Source: Bacteroidota bacterium
GTDB taxonomy: Bacteria > Bacteroidota > Bacteroidia > Flavobacteriales_D > Parvicellaceae
Direction of reading: 5' to 3'
Assembly: GCA_036159515.1 (NCBI GenBank)
Contig: JAYYEV010000043.1
Location: forward strand, 8,795 to 72,794
DNA length: 64,000 nucleotides
The position numbers and the translations under genes were made by a program. The notes beneath the pieces are model-generated. The model worked only from the letters and a program-made list of their open reading frames with translations, did no database searches and was not told the origin of the DNA. Below, piece after piece: positions 19,137 through 26,062 of this stretch (within the stretch, counting starts at the first letter, position 1; every line of letters starts with the position of its first letter).

Positions 19137-19787
19137 TTACAGACTTATTTCTTTGAAGCATATAGTAATTCCAAAAAAGATTAACACGCACCCCACAATG
19201 ATGCCTAAATAGCATAGATTTTTTGGATTTAAGTAATATTTAAGCTTACTAGAAAAATATATTTTCAATAGGTCTATACTAAATAAGGTTATGATAGTAA
19301 TACTAAAATAATATAACAACCCAGCTCCTTGAATTTGTAATTCTTTGGTAGCATATGTACATGCTGCAATCCAAAACACCAATACACCAGGGTTTATGGC
19401 ATTTAACCCAAATCCTTTCGCAATAAGTTGAAAGGGATAGATAATGATGTTCTCACTGGATGCATTTACTTCTGTAACTTCTTTTGAATTAGGTATTTCT
19501 TTAAGAGATAAATAATTTTTAACAATAGAATACCCACCAATTAGTAAAAAGACACCACCTGCAATGTATTTTATGTAGCTAATAGAATATAGCCAATAAT
19601 TAATTTTTTCAGCGATAAATAACGAGGCTATAAGATATAATGCATCACTTAATAATATACCAATATCTAAAAAAACAGCTGCTTTAAATCCTTTCTTTAT
19701 GCTAGTCTCAATTAATATAAAAAAGGCTGGGCCAAAAAGTAAACTAAGGAATATTCCAAATAATATGCCGTTTAAAATGAGATCCAT
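19137..19787 (-). CDS. LysE family amino-acid exporter (start revised to the internal Met)
   Basis: Polytopic membrane protein with an N-terminus (MDLILNGILFGIFLSLLFGPAFF) typical of LysE/RhtB. The tracked start at 19820 sits in the loop of an intrinsic terminator, and the extension MKWLFFA is translated from its stem and T-run. Confidence 0.7.
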   Translation of the reverse strand: MDLILNGILFGIFLSLLFGPAFFILIETSIKKGFKAAVFLDIGILLSDALYLIASLFIAEKINYWLYSISYIKYIAGGVFLLIGGYSIVKNYLSLKEIPNSKEVTEVNASSENIIIYPFQLIAKGFGLNAINPGVLVFWIAACTYATKELQIQGAGLLYYFSITIITLFSIDLLKIYFSSKLKYYLNPKNLCYLGIIVGCVLIFFGITICFKEISL

Positions 19788-19805
19788 CTTATAAAAATAG
19801 GCAAA

Positions 19806-19835
19806 AAAAAGCCACTTCATTGAAGTGGCTTTTTC
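19806..19835 (-). terminator. Intrinsic terminator after the small basic protein gene
   Basis: On the minus strand it reads AGCCACTTCA-A-TGAAGTGGCT followed by eight Ts. The 10-bp palindromic arms have an effective loop formed by the central bases. Confidence 0.75.
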
Positions 19836-19853
19836 AATCTTAGGATTAGATGA

Positions 19854-20048
19854 TTAAGCTTTCTTTAAGAAAGGTAACCCAGTTCTTTCATTTTCAATTA
19901 CTTTCTTTCCTGAAGGTAAGTCACATGAGTTAGATCCTTCTTCTCTTGAGAAATAATAAATTGTTTGATTTCTTCCTCCTCTTAAAGTTACATCTTTAGA
20001 ATGTAAATAGTAAGTACTTCCTTTACTATTGGTATGTGAATATGCCAT
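19854..20048 (-). CDS. Small conserved basic protein of unknown function (64 aa from the internal Met)
   Basis: MAYSHTNSKGSTYYLHSKDVTLRGGRNQTIYYFSRE...ENERTGLPFLKKA. I recall similar small proteins (KG.TYYLH...V.LRGG...IYYF...E..RTGLP.LKK) in several phyla without an assigned function. The upstream 17-aa extension looks non-coding. Confidence 0.5.
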   Translation of the reverse strand: MAYSHTNSKGSTYYLHSKDVTLRGGRNQTIYYFSREEGSNSCDLPSGKKVIENERTGLPFLKKA

Positions 20049-20159
20049 TTTTTTAAATTTTTTGATTAATAACAAGGTGAATATATTAAAATAAACCAAT
20101 TATACTCTGAAAACAGACCAGATAATATGGTTTTTTTATTAACAATATTAACAGGATAA

Positions 20160-20948
20160 CTACTCGAGAAGATTTGGAGTATTCAGTTCACCGTCCATTT
20201 TTTCCAGTTCCATACGCACTGAGCCAACCCATATTTTTGCTTTTGCCAATAAAGGTATTTTGTTATAATCATCTGAAATCCAGACAGTTAAATCTTCTTC
20301 TTCCTTGAAAATTCTGCCTTTCTGTACAATGGGGCAAAATTTCAATGCATTGAACTGACCCGCTTCTATTTTAATGGGTTCTTTACCAAGATACTTTACC
20401 TTAAGGTTATAAATTTCTTCGTCCACAAAACTATTAAAAGATAAAATAGTGTCTTTTTTCAGGTTTTTTAGGTTTAAAGTTCTGGCATAGAAATAACAAG
20501 AAACCATATCTTGTATATTTTCTGGTACTTTAATTTTTTGTTCTCCTGTGTTTACTGTTTGTTCATCATGATTAAAAGTGTAAAATTGATTAAATTTTGT
20601 GTTACCCTCACTCACATTTCTTATGAAAAATTTGGGTTTCATTGTGGAGGAATCAATGATACTTTCATAATGATCTCTGACCTTAAAAAACCAATCAAAG
20701 GTAAAATTGGTATTCCCTTTTGCAACTACCCTAAAGCATTCGGGCTGTGATGCAATTGATTTTACCTCTAAATCTGCATTTCCCGCTTCTATAATACCAT
20801 ACGCAATTTTATACCTTAACTTTTCACCAATTGTAAATGGTTTTATATTTTCAACACTATAATTTACGCTGTATAATGAATGACTAGTGTAATTGCTAAA
20901 TGAACATAGTATGGCAACAAGACTTAAAAGAAAGAATTTTCTATTCAT
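20160..20948 (-). CDS. Secreted protein, DUF3108-like
   Basis: 262 aa with a signal peptide. The segment GEKLRYKIAYGIIEAGNADLEV and overall size resemble the DUF3108 family from memory. Confidence 0.45.
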   Translation of the reverse strand: MNRKFFLLSLVAILCSFSNYTSHSLYSVNYSVENIKPFTIGEKLRYKIAYGIIEAGNADLEVKSIASQPECFRVVAKGNTNFTFDWFFKVRDHYESIIDSSTMKPKFFIRNVSEGNTKFNQFYTFNHDEQTVNTGEQKIKVPENIQDMVSCYFYARTLNLKNLKKDTILSFNSFVDEEIYNLKVKYLGKEPIKIEAGQFNALKFCPIVQKGRIFKEEEDLTVWISDDYNKIPLLAKAKIWVGSVRMELEKMDGELNTPNLLE

Positions 20949-21291
20949 AGTTTATTTTCGACAAAAAAGATGCCACTTTAAAAAATACATCTTTTTTCTC
21001 TTAATTTTTTCCTGCGATAGCACCCCATCAAGAGCTAAAATTGATATCAAACCCCATCAAATTGAAGAACAAAATGCTGTTGTAAAAGAAGGAGAAGTAA
21101 TTATCTATCATAAAAATGGAAATCCTCAAAGTGTGGGACATTTCGTAAATGGGGTCGCCCATGGACCTATTATTGTATATGATAGCAATGGTCATGAATT
21201 GTATAGAGGTATTTTTAAAGATGGTAAACCTTCTGGAGAGTGGGTTTTTACAAATCCAAAAAACAATGAAAAAACAATTAAATCTTATTAA
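20911..21291 (+). CDS. YwqK/MORN-variant repeat lipoprotein (start uncertain)
   Basis: Repeats: YHKNGNPQSVGHFVNGVAHGPIIVYDSNGHELYRGIFKDGKPSGEWVF. A lipobox-like LLIFSC is present, but no ATG lies just upstream of it. The nearest in-frame ATGs (20893, 20911) overlap the divergent gene's 5' end. Confidence 0.45.
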   Translation: MATRLKRKNFLFIVYFRQKRCHFKKYIFFLLIFSCDSTPSRAKIDIKPHQIEEQNAVVKEGEVIIYHKNGNPQSVGHFVNGVAHGPIIVYDSNGHELYRGIFKDGKPSGEWVFTNPKNNEKTIKSY

Positions 21292-21359
21292 GAATAGTTT
21301 TTACCATTTTTGATATGATTATTTTCTATGTCATTACTATTCTATTCCTTTTCATTTTA

Positions 21360-21367
21360 TAGTTTTG
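21360..21367 (+). promoter_or_regulatory. Candidate -7 box (TAGTTTTG)
   Basis: It matches TAnnTTTG 14 nt upstream of ATG 21382. It lies inside the tracked 21328 ORF extension, which supports the shorter gene model. Confidence 0.35.
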
Positions 21368-21381
21368 ATAAAATTTTAAAA

Positions 21382-21735
21382 ATGAAAGCACATATCATAT
21401 CACTAGTTAATTCAGTTGTTTTAATATCCATGAGCGTTTGGGGTTACTTATCATCTGAAACACCCTCTGTTACAGCTTTGATACCATTATTTTTTGGTGT
21501 AGGTATTTTGCTATGTTACGTTGGGGTGAAAAAAGAAAATAAGGCAATTGCTCATATTTCAGTATTATTAACTCTAATTGTATTAGTCGCATTATTTATG
21601 CCATTAAAAGGTGCCTTTGGAAGAGAAGACTCCATGGCAATTTTTAGAATAGTTGTAATGATTTTATCCTCTGCTCTTTCTATGGTTGCATTTGTGAGAA
21701 GCTTTATAGCGGCAAGAAAGAAAAGAATAGATTAA
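21382..21735 (+). CDS. Hypothetical small membrane protein (four TM helices)
   Basis: 117 aa from MKAHIISLVNSVVLISMSVWGY. I do not recognise a family. It ends 5 nt before hflX. Confidence 0.5.
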   Translation: MKAHIISLVNSVVLISMSVWGYLSSETPSVTALIPLFFGVGILLCYVGVKKENKAIAHISVLLTLIVLVALFMPLKGAFGREDSMAIFRIVVMILSSALSMVAFVRSFIAARKKRID

Positions 21736-21740
21736 GTATT

Positions 21741-22868
21741 TTGCCATCCATTGAAAAGGCCATTATTGTTGGTTTAGTTAATCAAAAACAAGATTCACTA
21801 CAAACACAAGAATTTTTAGATGAGCTAGCCTTTCTAGCATTAACATCTGGAGCCAAAGTGGTAAATCGTTTTACGCAAAGACTTAATCAACCACTACCAA
21901 ATACTTTTATAGGAAAAGGCAAACTGGGTGTAATAAAGGATTTTGTGAAAGAACACCATATTGATCTAGTGATTTTTGATGATGATTTAACTGCCACGCA
22001 GCTTCGAAATATTGAACGTATATTATCGTGCAAGATTTTAGACAGAAGTAATTTAATACTAGACATTTTTGCTAGTAGAGCACGTACTGCTCATGCAAAA
22101 ACTCAGGTAGAGTTAGCTCAATATCAATATTTGCTTCCAAGATTAACGCGAATGTGGACGCACCTGGAACGTCAAAAAGGAGGAATTGGCATGAGAGGGC
22201 CTGGTGAAACCCAAATTGAAACAGATAGAAGAATTATTAATAAAAAGATAGGCCAACTAAAACTAAAGCTAGAAAAGATCGATAAACAAAAATTTATTCA
22301 AAGAAAAAACAGGGGGAATTCGATTAGAGTTGCGTTGGTGGGATATACCAACGTTGGAAAATCAACCATCATGAATCTGTTAAGTAAATCGGATGTTTTT
22401 GCTGAGAATAAGTTGTTTGCTACCTTGGATACCACTGTAAGAAAAGTGGTGATCAATCAAGTTCCATTTTTATTGTCCGATACAGTTGGTTTTATAAGGA
22501 AATTGCCTCATCAACTAGTGGAATCATTTAAATCAACGTTAGACGAAGTAAGAGAGGCAGATGTGCTAATTCATGTAGTAGACGTGTCTCATCCATCCTA
22601 TCAAGACCAAGTGGACTCTGTGAATGAGACCTTGAATGAATTATTGGACCAACCGAAACCTTTACTGATTTGTTTCAATAAAATGGATAATATAAATGTG
22701 GAGGTATTGCAAGCTGTGATGAATGAAAACAGAAAAAGTGAACATGAATTTGTATTCATTTCAGCAATCAAAAAGCTAAAAATAGATGAGTTTAGACAAA
22801 AACTTTTTCAAATAGTTGAAAAACTTCATTTTACTAGATTCCCCTTTAATACTACGGTGATAAACTAA
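21741..22868 (+). CDS. hflX: GTPase HflX
   Basis: 375 aa. The HflX N-domain motifs are ILDIFASRARTAHAKTQVELAQ and GGIGMRGPGETQIE. G-motifs are GYTNVGKST, DTVGF and NKMD. The start codon is TTG. Confidence 0.9.
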   Translation: MPSIEKAIIVGLVNQKQDSLQTQEFLDELAFLALTSGAKVVNRFTQRLNQPLPNTFIGKGKLGVIKDFVKEHHIDLVIFDDDLTATQLRNIERILSCKILDRSNLILDIFASRARTAHAKTQVELAQYQYLLPRLTRMWTHLERQKGGIGMRGPGETQIETDRRIINKKIGQLKLKLEKIDKQKFIQRKNRGNSIRVALVGYTNVGKSTIMNLLSKSDVFAENKLFATLDTTVRKVVINQVPFLLSDTVGFIRKLPHQLVESFKSTLDEVREADVLIHVVDVSHPSYQDQVDSVNETLNELLDQPKPLLICFNKMDNINVEVLQAVMNENRKSEHEFVFISAIKKLKIDEFRQKLFQIVEKLHFTRFPFNTTVIN

Positions 22869-22887
22869 TTTTAAGTTCAAGTTTTTA

Positions 22888-22895
22888 TATTTTTG
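22888..22895 (+). promoter_or_regulatory. Candidate -7 box (TATTTTTG)
   Basis: It matches TAnnTTTG 16 nt upstream of ATG 22912. Confidence 0.3.
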
Positions 22896-22911
22896 ATTAC
22901 ATTGAAATTCT

Positions 22912-23856
22912 ATGGGTAAAAAATTAGTTATAGGTTCTGCAGGTCAAATAGGCACTGAGCTGATACATGCCTTAACTAAAATATATGGTCAAAATCAAGT
23001 TGTGGCTACTGATATTTATCCAAAGCATAAAGGCATACATAACGGCATTCTTTTTCTTAAAATGGATGTACTAGATGCTGATCACTTAGCAAGCATTGTA
23101 AAAGAGCATGAAATTTCAGAAGTATATCTTTTAGCTGCTTTACTTTCAGCAGTTTCAGAAAGTAAAATTAAATCGGCTTGGGATTTAAATATGAACGGTC
23201 TTTTTAATGTCCTGGAATTGGCTAGACAAGGACAAATTAAAAAAGTATTTTGGCCAAGTTCTATAGCCGTTTTTGGTCCAACAAGTCCAAAAGAAAATTC
23301 ACCTCAAAATTCTTTATTAGAGCCAACAACGGTGTATGGAATTAGCAAATCTGCAGGTGAAAGGTGGTGTGCCTATTATCACCAAAAATTTAATATTGAC
23401 GTAAGAAGCATTAGGTATCCAGGAATAATCAGTTATAAAAGTTTACCAGGGGGTGGCACAACTGATTATGCTGTTGATATTTTTCATGAAGCGATCAAGC
23501 ACCAACGCTATTCTTGTTTTATTGAAAAAGATGTGAACTTACCCATGATGTACATGGATGATGCAATAAGAGCAACTGTTCAATTAATGCAAGTTGATAA
23601 ATCAGCACTCCCTTTATTTAAAAGCTATAATGTTTCTGCCTTAAGTTTTTCACCTGATGATATTGCAAAAGAGATTAGCTCTCACATTCCGAACTTTAAA
23701 ATTAAATACAGTCCAGATTTTAGAAACAACATCGCCAAGTCTTGGCCATCATCTATTAATGATCAAGAGGCTAGAAATGACTGGGGGTGGAAAGAGGAAT
23801 ATGACCTAAAAAAAATGACTCTTAAAATGATTGAAGGAATAAGAAGTAACCATTGA
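22912..23856 (+). CDS. NAD-dependent epimerase/dehydratase family protein, probably SDR-type L-threonine 3-dehydrogenase
   Basis: 314 aa. It has IGSAGQIGTEL (a GxxGxxG variant), the catalytic YGISK, and overall resemblance to the UDP-galactose-4-epimerase-like TDH group. No kbl gene is adjacent. Confidence 0.6.
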   Translation: MGKKLVIGSAGQIGTELIHALTKIYGQNQVVATDIYPKHKGIHNGILFLKMDVLDADHLASIVKEHEISEVYLLAALLSAVSESKIKSAWDLNMNGLFNVLELARQGQIKKVFWPSSIAVFGPTSPKENSPQNSLLEPTTVYGISKSAGERWCAYYHQKFNIDVRSIRYPGIISYKSLPGGGTTDYAVDIFHEAIKHQRYSCFIEKDVNLPMMYMDDAIRATVQLMQVDKSALPLFKSYNVSALSFSPDDIAKEISSHIPNFKIKYSPDFRNNIAKSWPSSINDQEARNDWGWKEEYDLKKMTLKMIEGIRSNH

Positions 23857-24740
23857 CTAGTTTCATCAAATATATGATTCGCTTATTTTTTTCGCTAATA
23901 CTATCAATATTCCTCCTGCTTGGCTTGCAAGCACAAGTAGATACTGTTAATCAAATTGTAAAAGGATCTAGACATGGTTATTGGGTAATTACGGGTGAAA
24001 TGATAAAGGATGACAATTATGTTCCTGTAGCTAAAGTGGAAGAAGGTAGATTCCATTATGGGAGAAGAATAGGTGAATGGAATAAATATTACCCTTCTGG
24101 AAAAATTAAAAGCAAAATTAAATATATCAATGGCACTCCGAAGGGTGATTTTATAACTTATTTTGAAAATGGTCAAGTTGAAGAAAAGGGTAGTTGGAAT
24201 GCGAAAGTATATAACGGTAAATTTATAAGGTATTACGAAAACGGTGAAATAGCACAACAAAAATCATTTAATGAAAAGGGGAAAACAGAAGGAGAGGTAA
24301 TATACTATTATCCTAATGGGAAGGCTGAATTAGTTTTTGAAACTGCAAATGGACTCGGGAGAGGTAAAGCAATAAGATATTGGCCAAATGGAGATATAAA
24401 AGAGAAAATTTCGTTTAATGAAAAGGGGGAATCCACTACTTCAGGTACTATTTCAAGAGTAAATCCAGCAGTAAAAAATGCAAGGGCTATTATAGAAAAA
24501 AAGGAATCTGTTATTGCACAGGGGGAACTCAATATAGGCCCTTTACCTTCAGTAAAAGGAAAATTCTTAAATGATGGGTATCATAAGACCTATAATGAAA
24601 ACAAAGATATATTGATGGATGGAGAATTTCTGGACGGGAAGCTATGGACAGGTAAGCACTACATCTACGATGAAAATGGATTGATCGAAAGAATAGATGT
24701 GTACAAAGAAGGGAAGTTTGAAGGTAACGGTGTCCTATAA
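23853..24740 (+). CDS. Secreted YwqK/MORN-variant repeat protein
   Basis: 295 aa. The signal peptide ends LQA|Q. About eight tandem repeats of roughly 23 aa are present (YYPSGKIKSKIKYINGTPKG, YFENGQVEEKGSW, YYENGEIAQQKSFNEKGK, YYPNGKAELVF, YWPNGDIKEKISFNEKGE). Confidence 0.7.
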   Translation: MTSFIKYMIRLFFSLILSIFLLLGLQAQVDTVNQIVKGSRHGYWVITGEMIKDDNYVPVAKVEEGRFHYGRRIGEWNKYYPSGKIKSKIKYINGTPKGDFITYFENGQVEEKGSWNAKVYNGKFIRYYENGEIAQQKSFNEKGKTEGEVIYYYPNGKAELVFETANGLGRGKAIRYWPNGDIKEKISFNEKGESTTSGTISRVNPAVKNARAIIEKKESVIAQGELNIGPLPSVKGKFLNDGYHKTYNENKDILMDGEFLDGKLWTGKHYIYDENGLIERIDVYKEGKFEGNGVL

Positions 24741-24742
24741 AT

Positions 24743-26062
24743 TCACCTGATAATTTCATACATATTAAGATACTCTCTCTTTATTTCATGCAACTTATCA
24801 TGGTTTTTCTTGTAGGCGTACATTCCTTTTACTTTAGTTAAAAATATCCAATACCTAAAACTAAACAGTGCAGTTAAAGGGAGAACAAGTATAAATAACA
24901 AACCATATTTCCACCCAAAAATAAAAGAGAAGAGTAGTATTGCTATACTCCAGTAAATAAAAAACAACACAGGACCCATTGCCATTTTTAATGAACCATG
25001 AAAATGCTTGTCTTTTACATTTTTATTCACAAACCAAACCGGAATTTTATAGGGTAAATAATTTAATGTTAGCCCAATTAAATGAATAGGAAAAGAACCC
25101 AAAAGTACAAATGCATACGCAAATAATTTTATTGTCGAATCGGGTTGCTTGTGTAATAAATATGGTCTTATTTGATATTTTTTCATTTCATGTTTTAGCG
25201 TTTTAGCTAAGACCATGAAATGGGCATATAATGATTCATCTTCTGCTTGTAACTTTTCTAGCTTTTCCAATCTTTTTTTTCTTTCATCAAATTTCTTTTT
25301 AACGGATTTCACATCTGCAGACAATGGTACTCGATGAAGTAAATAATATAATTGATCATAATGATTATCATCTTTTATATTGATCATTAAATTACTTAGT
25401 TCTGCATTAATATGTTCCGACAATTTATTTACAGCTTCTGAAGGATTTGACTTGTAACTTTCAAAATAACCGCTAATATCAATTGGTTGGGCCGCATTAA
25501 GATATAGACTTCCATTCATTCGAAAATGATCTTCGTAGTCAATACCCAGGGGTACAATTTTTAAATTAATATCGTTATTGTATTTCTCTGCTGCACCTAA
25601 AGCTATTCTAGCAATACCTTTTTTCAAAGGCCTTAAACATTTTTTGTAATGATGGTTACCTTCAGGAAAAATAATAATATTACCATTTTGCTTTAATATA
25701 TCATAGCAAGTGTCAAATGTTTTTTGATTCATTTTTATGGTATCCACTCCGTCCCGTTGTCTATATATAGGAAGCATATAAATCATGGAAAGTAATTTTG
25801 CTACTAACGGCTTTTTAAATATATCTGCTCGGGATAAAAAGTAGGTTGGCTCCTTACTTTTACCGGCTATTACAATTGGGTCTAAGAAGGCGTTTTGATG
25901 ATTTACAGCATACAAAATACCCGTATTTGCTGGAATTGATTTTTTCCCTTGGTATTGGTGATTTTTGAAATACGATCTTATCCCAGTGATCACAATAGCA
26001 TAACCTACCTTGTACAACAGACCCCAGGGTTTAAACCAATAACCAATCCAAAATTCTTTCAT
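24743..26062 (-). CDS. Lysophospholipid (1-acyl-sn-glycerol-3-phosphate) acyltransferase family protein with a C-terminal membrane domain
   Basis: 439 aa. Acyltransferase block I is AVNHQNAFLDP and block III is FPEGN. The C-terminal TM helices are clear. Its ATG shares one nt with the pheT stop (TAATG). Confidence 0.7.
   Translation of the reverse strand: MKEFWIGYWFKPWGLLYKVGYAIVITGIRSYFKNHQYQGKKSIPANTGILYAVNHQNAFLDPIVIAGKSKEPTYFLSRADIFKKPLVAKLLSMIYMLPIYRQRDGVDTIKMNQKTFDTCYDILKQNGNIIIFPEGNHHYKKCLRPLKKGIARIALGAAEKYNNDINLKIVPLGIDYEDHFRMNGSLYLNAAQPIDISGYFESYKSNPSEAVNKLSEHINAELSNLMINIKDDNHYDQLYYLLHRVPLSADVKSVKKKFDERKKRLEKLEKLQAEDESLYAHFMVLAKTLKHEMKKYQIRPYLLHKQPDSTIKLFAYAFVLLGSFPIHLIGLTLNYLPYKIPVWFVNKNVKDKHFHGSLKMAMGPVLFFIYWSIAILLFSFIFGWKYGLLFILVLPLTALFSFRYWIFLTKVKGMYAYKKNHDKLHEIKREYLNMYEIIR

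Noticed and set aside
20049-20099. A 17-aa extension (MVYFNIFTLLLIKKFKK) of the small basic protein.
   Set aside because: It is translated from AT-rich spacer. The conserved-looking part begins at MAYSHTN.
21328-21381. An 18-aa N-terminal extension (MSLLFYSFSFYSFDKILK) of the small membrane protein.
   Set aside because: A TAGTTTTG -7 box lies inside it (21360-21367). The sequence is T-rich spacer-like, and MKAHII.. gives a normal N-terminus.
23904-24759. Three consecutive antisense ORFs (118, 74 and 76 aa) opposite the YwqK-repeat gene.
   Set aside because: They lie entirely inside a well-supported repeat-protein gene and have implausible Phe/Ile/Ser-rich composition. They are open only because of the repetitive G/K/E/N codon bias of the sense strand.
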